A stretch of DNA of 64,000 nt from Candidatus Adlerbacteria bacterium (GCA_028286685.1 JAQBRA010000002.1:129073-193072), one strand, 5' to 3'; positions 31,557 through 41,695 are shown, counted from the first letter of the stretch. The notes: a model not told the origin generated them from the sequence alone. A program made the numbers and translations.

Positions 31557-32174
31557 ATGCTGCGGAGTTTTATCGCATCTGTAGTGGACTTCATACTTCC
31601 GCCGCGGCGCACGCAGCGCGCAGTCGACATGCTCATGCAAGAAGACCTGCGCAGGCTGCAGAATGCCGGAAAGCTCCCCTACCGCACACCCGAGGCGTCG
31701 GCACTCATTTGGGAGCTTAAATACTACGGCAGCAAGAAGGCGGCCGCACTCGCGGGAGAGTTCCTGGCCGAGGAGCTCTTGGCTATCGCCAGCGAGGAAC
31801 TGGGGCCGCCGCTCCTTATACCGGTGCCCATGCACCCCAGGCGCAGGCAAGAGCGCGGGCACAACCAGACCGAGCTTTTGTGCGAGGCGGCGCTGAGACA
31901 CCTGGGGGCGCCGCCGGATGCTGCTTACGTCTATGCGCCGCGCGCCCTCGCGCGCATTAAACCTACCCAAGAGCAGCAGAAGCTTGGCCGGGCCGCTCGG
32001 CTTACCAATGTAATAGGCTCCATGCAGGCAACAGAGCCTGAGAAAATAAAAGGCCGGGCCTGCGTCGTCGTAGACGACGTTACCACCACGGGCGCCACGC
32101 TCGCCGAAGCGGCACGTGCGCTCAAGGCGGCGGGTGCCGCGCGCGTGCACCTGGTTGCCTTGGCGCAGTCGTAA
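31557..32174 (+). CDS. comF: Competence protein ComF (PRTase-like)
   Basis: LKY, PVPMH..R..ERG.NQ, VVDDVTTTGATL. Confidence 0.9.
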   Translation: MLRSFIASVVDFILPPRRTQRAVDMLMQEDLRRLQNAGKLPYRTPEASALIWELKYYGSKKAAALAGEFLAEELLAIASEELGPPLLIPVPMHPRRRQERGHNQTELLCEAALRHLGAPPDAAYVYAPRALARIKPTQEQQKLGRAARLTNVIGSMQATEPEKIKGRACVVVDDVTTTGATLAEAARALKAAGAARVHLVALAQS

Positions 32175-32182
32175 TTACGTAA

Positions 32183-32737
32183 TTAGCTACGTAATTTGGG
32201 CACGCGCTTCTCCGCGAGACAAAATCTGAGGGCCAGATCTTTTGCCGTCGATATCCCTATGCGCGGCGATACTACTACGCCATAGGGCGGCGCATCACTG
32301 TTTTCTGCAATAAAAAGACTGCTCGCCGCATCCGTCATATCAACGCCGTCGAGCGCGCGGCTTATGCCGAATGCAATGCCTATTTTTCCGGGCCCATCGG
32401 TTTTGATCTCTATCCCGCGCACGGGCTCAACTGCCCGTATGAGCACCGAGCTTGGCGTGCCGGGCCCCTCAGTCACAACATCAAGCAAAAAATACTGGCG
32501 CATGGCGTGGACATACGCATGCCCCGCTTCCTTATAAAGGCTTCGGTTGCGGATCGTCTCGCCCTTAAAGCCGTGCGCTGCGGAATCTCCGGAGGACAGG
32601 TAGGCTTCCGTCTCGATAATTTTCCCCACCACAAGCTTGCCTGCTATTCTTCTTACCAAGAGCTTGCCCAAAAGGCCTTGCGCAACCTCGGCGGGGTTTC
32701 TGTCAAAAAAACTTCTCGACAGAGGATTCAATTTCAT
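32183..32737 (-). CDS. DNA-3-methyladenine glycosylase (MPG/AAG family)
   Basis: IIETEAY, D.A.H, VLIRAVEP, DGPGK, PRIGI. Confidence 0.92.
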   Translation of the reverse strand: MKLNPLSRSFFDRNPAEVAQGLLGKLLVRRIAGKLVVGKIIETEAYLSSGDSAAHGFKGETIRNRSLYKEAGHAYVHAMRQYFLLDVVTEGPGTPSSVLIRAVEPVRGIEIKTDGPGKIGIAFGISRALDGVDMTDAASSLFIAENSDAPPYGVVVSPRIGISTAKDLALRFCLAEKRVPKLRS

Positions 32738-32740
32738 GCG

Positions 32741-33550
32741 TTAGCCTTTGCGGAAGAGGTACGCGGCCACGGGCACGGCGACTATGACCGTGCCAATGCA
32801 CCAAATGGCAGCCATGAGCGCATGATTGCCCATGGGAGTCCCGACCATGAGCGCGCGCATCGCCTCTATCACATGAGTCACCGGCTGGTTTTCGGCAAAT
32901 AGGCGTAAGCCCCACGGCATGCCCTCGGTCGGCACGAATGCGCTTGAAGCGAAGGTTAGCGGGAAGACGAAGAAGAATCCCATCCACTGCACGGCCTCTA
33001 CCGTGCGGGCTAAAAGGCCCATGATAGCGGCGAGCCACGATATCGCAAAGGTAAACAGCAAGAGGAGCCCCAGTATATAAAGCCACTCGATAGGCCCGGC
33101 CGTCGGACGGAAGCCGACCAGGAATGCGACCGCGATGAGTATCGCCGAGGACAGCACGTTGCGTGCCAAGTCGGCAATGACGTGCCCGGTCATAAGAGCC
33201 GAGCTTATGGTCGGGAGCGACTTGATGCGCTCGACAATGCCGCGCTGAAGGTCTGCCGCCAGAGAGATAGAGGTCGTGAGCGCGCCGAAGGCCGCCATCT
33301 GTATGAGTATCCCCGCGACCAGGAAGTTTACGTAGGTAGTACTGCCCGTCTCAATCGCCCCGCCGAACACGTAGCGGAACAAGAGCATGAACATAATTGG
33401 CTGTATCGCCAGGCCCAAGAGCTGATCCTTGTTGGTGAGTATGTGGCGCAAGCTGCGCTGGGTCAGCACCCACGAGTCGCTTAGGGCCCATGCAAGCGCC
33501 GAACGCTTCTGAGGCTGTATCGAGCCAATGGGTTTGGGTGTGTATGCCAT
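32741..33550 (-). CDS. ABC-2 exporter permease (DrrB-like)
   Basis: QPIMF.LLF.YVFGG, SSAFVP..MP..L..FA..QP. Confidence 0.9.
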   Translation of the reverse strand: MAYTPKPIGSIQPQKRSALAWALSDSWVLTQRSLRHILTNKDQLLGLAIQPIMFMLLFRYVFGGAIETGSTTYVNFLVAGILIQMAAFGALTTSISLAADLQRGIVERIKSLPTISSALMTGHVIADLARNVLSSAILIAVAFLVGFRPTAGPIEWLYILGLLLLFTFAISWLAAIMGLLARTVEAVQWMGFFFVFPLTFASSAFVPTEGMPWGLRLFAENQPVTHVIEAMRALMVGTPMGNHALMAAIWCIGTVIVAVPVAAYLFRKG

Positions 33551-33551
33551 A

Positions 33552-34496
33552 TTAGTTTTTTGCCGCGGCCTCCTCGGCCTCGTGGCCGGTGAGCTTCAGG
33601 AATACGTCGTCGAGCGTGGGCTTGTGCAGCGAGAGGCTCTCGACCATAACGCCCGCGTTCTCGAGCGCCTCGAGCGCGCGTCTCACCTCGCCCACGCCGG
33701 CGGCGGCGATGCTCACCGTCCCCTCTTCGCGGTCGACATGCGCGCCTTCCCCCATCGCCTGCGCCGCGCGCTCGACATGCGCCTCGCCCACGACCACCTC
33801 GAGCCTTTCTTTGCCTACCTTGGCCTTAAGCTCGTCGGCAGTGCCCTCTGCAATAACCGTGCCGTGGTCAATGACCGCGATGCGGTCAGCCAGCTTGTCT
33901 GCCTCTTCCAAGTACTGGGTCGTCAGCAGTATGGTTGTGCCCGCGCGACGCAAGCCCTCTATCACCTCCCACATCTGCAGGCGCGAGCGCGGATCAAGCC
34001 CCGTCGTCGGCTCGTCTAGGAATATGATCGGCGGCGTAGCAACGAGGCTTGCAGCCAGGTCGAGCCGGCGGCGCATGCCGCCGGAGTAGGTCTTGGCAAT
34101 GCGCTCGGATGCGTCGGTAAGGCTAAATTGCTCCAAAAGCTCCTGCGCGCGCGTAGCGCTGTCTGCTTTGCTGAGGTGGTAGAGGCGGCCCATCATCTCA
34201 AGGTTCTGCCGGCCGGTCAGGTAGTCGTCTATAGCTGCGTACTGGCCGGTAAGCCCTATCGTGCGGCGCACATCATTTCCCTCACGCACAACATCGAAGC
34301 CGCCCACCTTTACCTCTCCCCCGTCGGGCTCTATAAGCGTCGAGAGGATGCGGACAATAGTGGTCTTGCCCGCGCCATTGGGGCCGAGCAGCGCCAGCAT
34401 GGTGCCGCGCTCCACCACAAGGTCGACGCCTTTTAAGACCGAGAGTTTGCCGTAGGACTTCGTGAGCCCCTTGGTATAAATGGCTGCATCTTGCAT
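33552..34496 (-). CDS. ABC exporter ATP-binding protein (DrrA-like)
   Basis: GPNGAGKTT, YSGGMRRRLD, FLDEPT, PTLDDVFL. Confidence 0.93.
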   Translation of the reverse strand: MQDAAIYTKGLTKSYGKLSVLKGVDLVVERGTMLALLGPNGAGKTTIVRILSTLIEPDGGEVKVGGFDVVREGNDVRRTIGLTGQYAAIDDYLTGRQNLEMMGRLYHLSKADSATRAQELLEQFSLTDASERIAKTYSGGMRRRLDLAASLVATPPIIFLDEPTTGLDPRSRLQMWEVIEGLRRAGTTILLTTQYLEEADKLADRIAVIDHGTVIAEGTADELKAKVGKERLEVVVGEAHVERAAQAMGEGAHVDREEGTVSIAAAGVGEVRRALEALENAGVMVESLSLHKPTLDDVFLKLTGHEAEEAAAKN

Positions 34497-34582
34497 GTAA
34501 TTATAAGTATACCAAATCGGCCCTATGTGAAAAAGAAAATACGCCCGCGCGGGCGTATTTCCAAGAAAACTCGGTGGTGTAC

Positions 34583-35272
34583 TTAGTACGTGAGACGGTA
34601 GCTGGCTACGATAGTGCCCATAAGCGCTGCGGCCGCATCAACGTTTGCCTTCTGCTGCGCCACCTCGCTAGCCGAGAGCTTGGCAATGTCGGAGGTAGTT
34701 ACTACGTCGCGGATCTCAAAGCAGGCCTGATTCTGCTTGATCTGATACGTCGTCGTATTGGTCAGCTGGCCCTCTGCGGTCGCGCTGCTGGCGTACTTGG
34801 TAAAGATAGCGCCATTGATAGTAGCCGTAGACGAGGTGGTCGTCTGCTTTGCGCAGTCGCCCACGTCAGCAGGCTCGGAGCTGACACTGAGCGTAAGGCG
34901 ATCAACAACGGTGCCCATCTGGGCGTAGAGCGCCGCGACGCCGACTGCGCCCGGAGCCTTAAAGCTGCCCGCAGCAAGACCGGTGGTCTGGAGCGTCATA
35001 GTGCCCGGGTACTGGAAGCTAAAGCCGAACGGAGTCGAGAACGACTTGAGGCCGGTAGCGGTGCCGGAGCCCGGAGCCGTAGTCTGGCCGCCAGTTGCGG
35101 CACCCGGCTGTGCAGTACCCGGATTCTGGCCAGTAGTGGCAGGCGTAGTCGTAGCGGTCTGATCCATCGGATTCTGCGGCATAGAAATTACTCCCTGGCT
35201 AAAAAGGATCCACAGGCCGCCGAGGACGACGATAATAAGGGCGAGCACGAGATACTTCATTCGTTGTGTCAT
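34583..35272 (-). CDS. Hypothetical exported protein
   Basis: N-terminal TM, T/G/P linker, FSFQYP motif. Confidence 0.7.
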   Translation of the reverse strand: MTQRMKYLVLALIIVVLGGLWILFSQGVISMPQNPMDQTATTTPATTGQNPGTAQPGAATGGQTTAPGSGTATGLKSFSTPFGFSFQYPGTMTLQTTGLAAGSFKAPGAVGVAALYAQMGTVVDRLTLSVSSEPADVGDCAKQTTTSSTATINGAIFTKYASSATAEGQLTNTTTYQIKQNQACFEIRDVVTTSDIAKLSASEVAQQKANVDAAAALMGTIVASYRLTY

Positions 35273-35403
35273 AAGGTATATGAAATTAATAACTACTAAA
35301 CTTTAGCACGCAAAAGCGGCACCGCCCGGACTCTCTATAGTCCCGCTTGCGGTACCAGGCGAGTATAGGCCCTGCTTCATGAAGAATGCGGGAAGACTCC
35401 AGA

Positions 35404-35562
35404 CTAAAAGCCCGCGAGCGAGACGCCCAAGTAGTAGGGCCACAGCGCGATAGCGAAAACCCCCTTCCAAAAGGGGAGGCTGAGGTAGCCTATGGTAAAC
35501 AGCCACGCCGCTATCCAGAACCCGCCCGAGAGCGTGTGGTGCTCAATTTTTATCTTTTCCAT
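35404..35562 (-). CDS. Small membrane protein (52 aa)
   Basis: Manual ORF MEKIKIEHHTLSGGFWIAAWLFTIGYLSLPFWKGVFAIALWPYYLGVSLAGF, below the ORF-track cutoff. Confidence 0.75.
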   Translation of the reverse strand: MEKIKIEHHTLSGGFWIAAWLFTIGYLSLPFWKGVFAIALWPYYLGVSLAGF

Positions 35563-35612
35563 GAAAATCAGTTAGCCCGTAATAAATGTACTGGCTAACT
35601 GTAGCACTGTTA

Positions 35613-35990
35613 CTAGGCGGAAGGGCTCGGATCGTGCCAGACCACCTCTATATTATTGCCGTCGAGATCATGGATGAAGGCGGCGTAGTAGCCGGGGCCG
35701 TACTCCTTGCGATAGCCAGGGGCGCCGTTGTCTCCCCCTCCGGCCTCAATCCCTGTCTTATGGAAGGCATCTACCTCTTCCTTTGTCTTAACGGCAAAGG
35801 CGGTGTGCCCGCCGCCCGCCGGCTGCTTTACGGAAATCCAAAAGTCGCTATGCTCGGTCTCGCCGAATCCGCACACCTTGTACTCCTCCATATCGGCCCC
35901 GAGCTTGTAGCCCAGAGGCGCCAAAGCCTTCGTATAAAACTCTTTGGACTTTAAATAATCGCTTATGCCTGCAGATGCGTGGTCAATCAT
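35613..35990 (-). CDS. VOC/glyoxalase family protein
   Basis: MIDH, FY..AL, HTAF, DNGAPG.R..Y...YYAAF..DLDGNNIE. Confidence 0.92.
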   Translation of the reverse strand: MIDHASAGISDYLKSKEFYTKALAPLGYKLGADMEEYKVCGFGETEHSDFWISVKQPAGGGHTAFAVKTKEEVDAFHKTGIEAGGGDNGAPGYRKEYGPGYYAAFIHDLDGNNIEVVWHDPSPSA

Positions 35991-36043
35991 ATATAGAGTA
36001 TACGGCGGGTTTCTAAATATTGAAGGAAGAATATTCTGTAAGC

Positions 36044-36943
36044 CTATTTGCACTCAGCCTTAAGCGCCGCCTGGTCCTCGGCACTGAGCGCAAAGCGCTC
36101 GCCCACATTGACCGGATTCATTATCGATTCCTCGCCACTGGTGTGATCCAGGCCCAAAGCGTGCCCCAGTTCGTGGGCAAGCACCCGCAGGAAGGCCGTC
36201 TGGCTGTCGAACTGGTATATGTCTATGCGCTTGCCCGAGGCATCAGACCGGTAGACCCCTTCCTCAAATTGCGTGCCCACCAGCCCGTTGCCGTTTATCT
36301 CCTCGACATTGTCGTTGATATGGTCGACCAGCAGATTGTACTTGTCTATGAGCGCATTAATCTCATCCGCCAGGCGGTTTATCTCCTGCTGCTTTGCCTC
36401 AAGAACGGCTACTTGCTGCATGAGCGTCCGTTTCTGCGCGGCGAGCTTGTCATATTCAGGCGGCGGCGCACCGCCCCGGTCGTTCCAATACTCGACACGC
36501 TCGTTGTAGGCGCTCTGGGCGTCGTTAAACGCCGCCGCCTGCCGCTTAAACTCTGCCTGCGCCGTGTTGTAATCAATCTGCAATGACGAGTACTGCTGCT
36601 TGACCGAACTTGCTACGCGGCCAGTCTCGTCTATCGCCTCATTCAGCTCCGCCGCCTGCTGGGTCACCTGCTGGCGGGTGTCGTATACCAGATTAATGAC
36701 CAGTGCGCCCTGAGCGTCGTACGCAAACAAGGGCTTGCCTTTTGCATCGCTCCAAAGGTCGGCGGCCTTGGCAATATCCCTTAAAAAATCCTCCTCGCTA
36801 ACCCCAAAGCGCGGGTCGATAGTCCCGATCCTATACTCGATAGGCTTGGTGCACGGCACATAGTGGGTCTGCCATGCGTAGGCCGCCGTGGCTGCAAATG
36901 CAATCCACAACAGCAGCGTACCGATATACTTGGGCACCCTCAT
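36044..36943 (-). CDS. Matrixin-family zinc metalloprotease with coiled-coil insertion
   Basis: HELGHALGLDH plus SIM Met-turn; N-terminal signal/TM. Confidence 0.85.
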   Translation of the reverse strand: MRVPKYIGTLLLWIAFAATAAYAWQTHYVPCTKPIEYRIGTIDPRFGVSEEDFLRDIAKAADLWSDAKGKPLFAYDAQGALVINLVYDTRQQVTQQAAELNEAIDETGRVASSVKQQYSSLQIDYNTAQAEFKRQAAAFNDAQSAYNERVEYWNDRGGAPPPEYDKLAAQKRTLMQQVAVLEAKQQEINRLADEINALIDKYNLLVDHINDNVEEINGNGLVGTQFEEGVYRSDASGKRIDIYQFDSQTAFLRVLAHELGHALGLDHTSGEESIMNPVNVGERFALSAEDQAALKAECK

Positions 36944-36986
36944 ATCGCTATTATATGCATTGCCATCAGCTCTGGATACGGAGGCA

Positions 36987-38096
36987 TTACTTGGTAAACG
37001 TAAGGACGACCACCTCGCTATTGGTGCCCACGCGCAGCGGAGGGCCCCAGGTGCCTACCCCGCTACTGGTGTACACCTGCATACTGCCCAGACGCTTAAG
37101 CCCGTACGCAAAGCCTTGGTACGTCAGCTGGGCCAGGTGCATAAACGGCCACTGCTGTCCCAAGTGCGTATGCCCCGACAACTGCAAAGAAATGCCTGCT
37201 CCGCTTGCCACCTCCAGATGTCTGGGCTCATGCTTGAGCAAGATTGAAGGCTTCTCGGGGGCAATAGGCAACGCCGCCAGTACGGCAGCAAACTCATCGC
37301 GACCGCCAGTAGTCTTGTAGTCGACGCCTATAAGCTGCACTCCGTCTATATCGAGTAGCTCATCTTGCAGTACGCGCACATCTGCCGAGCGCAAGGCATC
37401 CATAAATGCGGCCGCGTCGCCATACTCCTCGTGGTTGCCGGTAATAAAATATATGCCCATTGGCGCCTTAAGACTGGCGAGCGGGGCGGCAAGGCGCTTA
37501 AGGTCGGGCGCCGTCGTGCCGTCAAACAAGTCGCCGCCGATGCACACCAAGTCGTGGGCCGTGCTGTTAACAGCATCAACAACGCGCTGCATGCTTTTCT
37601 CTCCGTGTATCTGGCCAAGGTGGACGTCGCTTATGAACGCGAGCCTCCTCCCCTCCCAGGCCGGGGGTAAGTTGGGCAACTGCGCCTCCAGTTCGCGTAC
37701 TACAATGGTGCGCGCATGCGCATAGCCGTACGCACTTACTAGTAGTGCCAGAGCCATAGACGCCCAGCCTACCCACGGCACCAGGCTGCCCGCGACAAAC
37801 ACCGCCACGCCATACACCGATGCCGCAATAAAAAGGTACGCGAACGCGCCCATCCATACCGCAGACGCCTTGTAGTAGGCGCGCGTCCATACAGTGTGGT
37901 ACCGTGTGCCCAAGAAAGTTGAGAGCACGAACGTGCCCGACAACAAGCCCAGCACAAGACCAAGCGTTAGGGCTGGGACCCAGCCGTTGAGCATGAACAT
38001 GGCGGCCCATGCCTCGTATACCACCATGTTGGCGATAAACAGGAATACCGAAAATACGAGCAGGAAGGGTGCGAAGGCAAGCAGACGGCGTCTCAT
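36987..38096 (-). CDS. Membrane metallophosphoesterase
   Basis: SDVHLG, GGDLFD, GNHE, KHEP, SGHTH; four N-terminal TM helices. Confidence 0.92.
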   Translation of the reverse strand: MRRRLLAFAPFLLVFSVFLFIANMVVYEAWAAMFMLNGWVPALTLGLVLGLLSGTFVLSTFLGTRYHTVWTRAYYKASAVWMGAFAYLFIAASVYGVAVFVAGSLVPWVGWASMALALLVSAYGYAHARTIVVRELEAQLPNLPPAWEGRRLAFISDVHLGQIHGEKSMQRVVDAVNSTAHDLVCIGGDLFDGTTAPDLKRLAAPLASLKAPMGIYFITGNHEEYGDAAAFMDALRSADVRVLQDELLDIDGVQLIGVDYKTTGGRDEFAAVLAALPIAPEKPSILLKHEPRHLEVASGAGISLQLSGHTHLGQQWPFMHLAQLTYQGFAYGLKRLGSMQVYTSSGVGTWGPPLRVGTNSEVVVLTFTK

Positions 38097-38112
38097 AGCA
38101 CGTGAGTATAAC

Positions 38113-38190
38113 CTAGCGAGTGAGAGAACAAAAACTTGTTTTTGATTCCGAGCGAGCGACGGTTATATGAGACGTCCTCGTGCTCATATA
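38113..38190 (-). repeat. Promoter-proximal 78-bp repeat, copy A
   Basis: Near-identical to 42976-43053 and 59279-59356. Confidence 0.9.
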
Positions 38191-38204
38191 GCACTATGGG
38201 CTTT

Positions 38205-38669
38205 TTATGCGCCCGATGACAGCTCCACTAGGTAATCAAAATGCTTCTCGCTGACCGGCTGTACCGAGAGCCTGGTGGCCTGCGCCAGCACCATGCCGCG
38301 CAGGACCATGTCGCCCTTAACCTCGGCGAGCGTTATCGGCCGCTTGAACTTCTTTACGAACGCAACGTCCACGAGCCACCAGCGCGGCTTTTCTTTAGTG
38401 GCCTTCGGGTCAAAGTAATGGCTCTTTGCCTCAAACTGTGTGGGGTCCGCGTACGGCTTCCCTACTACCTTAGCCACCCCTACCGCCTGCTTCTCATCGC
38501 CTGAGTGGTAAAACACGCATAGGTCTCCGGGCTGCATGACCATCATAAAGTTGCGCGCCTGATAGTTGCGCACGCCGGTCCAGGCGGTTTTCTTATCGCG
38601 CTTGAGGTCGTCGATGGAATACGTTTCCGGTTCGGATTTTAATAGCCAGTACTGTTTGGGTTCTTTCAT
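38205..38669 (-). CDS. EVE domain protein
   Basis: YWLLKSEP, WTGVRNYQARN, FYHS, RLSVQPV. Confidence 0.95.
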   Translation of the reverse strand: MKEPKQYWLLKSEPETYSIDDLKRDKKTAWTGVRNYQARNFMMVMQPGDLCVFYHSGDEKQAVGVAKVVGKPYADPTQFEAKSHYFDPKATKEKPRWWLVDVAFVKKFKRPITLAEVKGDMVLRGMVLAQATRLSVQPVSEKHFDYLVELSSGA

Positions 38670-38771
38670 ATAAATACCGGCTCAGTATACCGGTGTGTGG
38701 TCAATTATATAAGGGAGTATGCGGCGGGTTTTTTGAAGAGTGGAGGAAGAAAAATATTATAAGACTGGTAG

Positions 38772-39983
38772 TTAATTAATTGAGATAGTACGAGTTTCGA
38801 GGGGAACAGCTGCGGGCTGGTTATCTTGGGGTTCGGGCGTGTCTTGCTTGAATATAGAAATCTGTACCTGTGTGTCGCTTACCCATTTAGCATACGGAAT
38901 GAATGCCGGGAATTCGTTGTACGTACCCAGCGTCTCTCCCGGCGATGCATACAGCACTATTTTTTGAAAAAGTGTCACCGTGTCTAGCACAATAGCCTTG
39001 TGCTCAAGCACCACCAGAAGTTTTCCTCCATCGGGCGATAGTTGAATTTTTTGACTGAAATCCCCATAGTCGATCCCTATGCCCAAATTTCTCTTATCAT
39101 TTCCGGAGATATCCGAAACGAAAAGGCTGCAGCCCGATTCGGTGTAGAGGCGTACCCGACACAAGAAAACACGTGAAGCTGTCTTATATTGCTCTTGGAA
39201 ATCATACGCGCTCTCTGCTGTCTCCTGAAAGAAATAAAGAGCCGAGAGAGGGACGGGGCCGCTGGAAAAGACTCTGTACGACTCTTCCGCGATCAGACTG
39301 CATTGTCCGAATATATTCTTTTGTCTTCCCGGACAATCGCTGGTGTCGACCTGACCATTCTGCACTATTACCATCTCCAGGTTTCCGTTTACGACACGAC
39401 CGTAGTGTGCGGTGGTCTGCGACAATTTTTCGAACGTAGTAAATTCGAGACTCCCCTTCAATTCAGGGACATATATGGAGGCTCTATTAACAAACCCTGC
39501 AGCTTTCAACCGCTCATCGTAATAGCGCAGAAAATCCCTAAACGCCGAACTCTCTTCTCCGATAGCAACCGGAGGACTATGCGTAACTGTGGCTATATAT
39601 TCCTTTGTTGTAGTTGTAACAGAAAAAACCCCTCTTTGATAATCATTTGCCCCGCATTCTTTTCCTTCCGGGCATAGATATATATCCTGCTGCTCGGGAA
39701 ATATTTCTTTCCACTCCAGGTTTGCATACAACGGCGGTAGTTGGTTTTCGTTTATCGTTTGGGGTGCCGGGGGGACATGGTGTTTCTCTTGCCACACCAC
39801 CCCTGCCACTATTCCAGCCGCCAACACCAAACCAAGGACAAGGAACGGAATCCATTTTCGCAATACGGAAGGCTGCAGGATGCTTACGGGAGGCTGTTGC
39901 TCTGATGGCGGCATAGGTGGCCCAACTGTAGCAGTTATAGGATAATCCGAAACCCAGTTATCAACTTTGGGTATCGACGACAT
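38772..39983 (-). CDS. Hypothetical membrane-anchored exported protein
   Basis: Pro-rich N-terminus, single TM, lower GC than core genes. Confidence 0.7.
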   Translation of the reverse strand: MSSIPKVDNWVSDYPITATVGPPMPPSEQQPPVSILQPSVLRKWIPFLVLGLVLAAGIVAGVVWQEKHHVPPAPQTINENQLPPLYANLEWKEIFPEQQDIYLCPEGKECGANDYQRGVFSVTTTTKEYIATVTHSPPVAIGEESSAFRDFLRYYDERLKAAGFVNRASIYVPELKGSLEFTTFEKLSQTTAHYGRVVNGNLEMVIVQNGQVDTSDCPGRQKNIFGQCSLIAEESYRVFSSGPVPLSALYFFQETAESAYDFQEQYKTASRVFLCRVRLYTESGCSLFVSDISGNDKRNLGIGIDYGDFSQKIQLSPDGGKLLVVLEHKAIVLDTVTLFQKIVLYASPGETLGTYNEFPAFIPYAKWVSDTQVQISIFKQDTPEPQDNQPAAVPLETRTISIN

Positions 39984-40001
39984 GCAAAAAGCTCAGTTGC
40001 T

Positions 40002-40562
40002 TCACTTTAAAAGAGTGAGAGTCTTTTCAAAAACAGTTTTTCCTTCTTGGGGGAGATAGGAGTCTTTATAAACACCGCAAACATAGGACTCAGTGCCTGC
40101 AGCGTCCTTGCAATAATCCCAACCCGCGTGTGGCCGAGGAACTCCGGAAGCATAAACATAATTTGTATCCCGAGTAATCTCATCAGGAAAGAAACAAGGA
40201 CCATCTATGCTCGGGTCATTGCAGTCGTTCTTATGCGCATCAAAGTACGCAGCCGGCATTATTTCCAACCGATCAATATTAATTACTCGGGAAGTCTCTT
40301 CGGGGCCACCTAGATACCGGGCGGTTGTCGTCCCTTGCAGGCGCAACCCAAACCATATGACATATTTATTTTCCTCTTGCTTTTCAAGCACGGCGTAGCG
40401 AGTCCAGCTCGAAGGCATCTCGACAGTGAAATTGAATTTACTGTTGTGATACGTACGCTCCGTATGGACAGAGTAAGCGCCTGCCATCTGCGGCACTTTA
40501 TAAAAGAAAAGGGCTCCCCCAATCGCCAGAAGCACAAGTACCCCGATGAGGTATTTATACAT
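40002..40562 (-). CDS. Hypothetical exported protein
   Basis: N-terminal TM, Y.N..FNF...MP..W motif, Cys pairs. Confidence 0.7.
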   Translation of the reverse strand: MYKYLIGVLVLLAIGGALFFYKVPQMAGAYSVHTERTYHNSKFNFTVEMPSSWTRYAVLEKQEENKYVIWFGLRLQGTTTARYLGGPEETSRVINIDRLEIMPAAYFDAHKNDCNDPSIDGPCFFPDEITRDTNYVYASGVPRPHAGWDYCKDAAGTESYVCGVYKDSYLPQEGKTVFEKTLTLLK

Positions 40563-40634
40563 GCCCCAAGAGTAGCACGGGTTAAAATCCTATCGCCATG
40601 GACTCTGAGAACGCTTATTTTTAGCTCAAAAAAT

Positions 40635-40666
40635 GCGGAGAGGGAGGGATTCGGTCACACATAAAA
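40635..40666 (-). repeat. Distal direct repeat of tRNA-Ser 3' end joined to element end (TGTGTGACC|GAATCCCTCCCTCTCCGC)
   Basis: 40635-40653 identical to 42464-42482. Confidence 0.9.
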
Positions 40667-40751
40667 TACTGCTGTATTTTTGCACGGGTCGGGCTTGGCA
40701 TATTGCAAAACCTGTGTTTTTTCAGTACTCTCACTGCGAACAAGAGTTCTT

Positions 40752-41327
40752 ATGGAAGCAGGGAGTTCCGACATGAAACAGCAGGATACCGGGGACCGCC
40801 GAAGGCTCGTAGCCGAAGCCGCCCAAAAGCAGCTAACCGACGGCACCTGGCCACAGGTAATGAAAGTGTTCGGATACCAGAATCCGAAAGCGCCGCGAGT
40901 GCCTGACGAGGAATTCGCCCGGCTCAAGGCGCTCTATGAGCAGGCGGCCTGCCCAAACCTGGCGGCATTCGTCGACCTGGTGCGCTTCAAGGAAAAAGAG
41001 CGCGACGTAACGATGTCGTTCAACCTCAGCCTGCGCTTGCGCCTCGCCTCCGGCGCAGATAATGCCGCACTGATCCTCTCCTCCCCCGACATCATGGTCG
41101 GAACGCGCTACGGAATCGAAGGAGCTGCGGTCTGGCTCAAGAACTTTTTCGAAGCGGTACCGGATTCTGCCCCGGAATCAGTCCAATTGATGGACAAGAT
41201 CTTCGGCGAGGCGGTCGAGTTCCTCCAAGGCACGCCGCGCCAAGCGACGCTCGAGGACATGGTCAAGTTTGCGATTACCGGCGAGGGAGATATTTTCGAG
41301 CCCGCTGACAAGCCACTGAAGCACTAA
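40752..41327 (+). CDS. Hypothetical protein (cargo between tRNA-Ser repeats)
   Basis: Long ORF with its own terminator hairpin at 41333-41360; start 40752 or 40773. Confidence 0.7.
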   Translation: MEAGSSDMKQQDTGDRRRLVAEAAQKQLTDGTWPQVMKVFGYQNPKAPRVPDEEFARLKALYEQAACPNLAAFVDLVRFKEKERDVTMSFNLSLRLRLASGADNAALILSSPDIMVGTRYGIEGAAVWLKNFFEAVPDSAPESVQLMDKIFGEAVEFLQGTPRQATLEDMVKFAITGEGDIFEPADKPLKH

Positions 41328-41380
41328 CACTATGCCGCCGACTCGATAGAGTCGGCGGCATTTTCTTTTTTTATACACCC

Positions 41381-41406
41381 AGGGAAGGATTCGGTCACAC
41401 ATAAAA
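41381..41406 (-). repeat. Internal copy of element end plus partial tRNA-Ser 3' end
   Basis: 25/26 identical to 40641-40666. Confidence 0.9.
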
Positions 41407-41475
41407 AATCAAAGAAACGGCACGGCCCTGGGGTGGGTCGTGCCGTTTTGGTTTCTGCCGGGCTTACCTTTAGCC

Positions 41476-41685
41476 CTACTCGTCGTCAGCCGGCTGAGGT
41501 TCGGGTTTGAGGTTCTGCATGACCCATTTGCGGTCTTCCTCTGACAGCTCGCGGGTAATTTGACCCCACATGACATTGGGGTACATGTCCCGCACGATAG
41601 TGCGCAATTGCGTGCCGTCTTTGGCCGCAATGGCGTCCTTGTACATATCCGCCTCAACAGGCGTCGAGTCTCTCGGGCCACTCAT
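41476..41685 (-). CDS. Small hypothetical protein (69 aa, cargo)
   Basis: AAGGAGG Shine-Dalgarno before ATG 41685; terminator at about 41415-41449. Confidence 0.65.
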   Translation of the reverse strand: MSGPRDSTPVEADMYKDAIAAKDGTQLRTIVRDMYPNVMWGQITRELSEEDRKWVMQNLKPEPQPADDE

Positions 41686-41695
41686 AGGTTCCTCC

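Noticed and set aside
32171-32196. Short TACGTAATT duplication/palindrome between comF and the glycosylase gene
   Set aside because: Too short and single-copy; it overlaps stop codons of convergent genes
35303-35600. GGGAAGACTCC...CAGAACCCG looked like RNase P RNA
   Set aside because: Better explained by a 52-aa membrane-protein ORF on the minus strand (35404-35562); RNase P core motifs are incomplete
38113-38187. Treating the 24-codon ORF in the 78-bp repeat as a real peptide gene
   Set aside because: Copy B has an in-frame stop and differences are mostly non-synonymous while preserving base pairing
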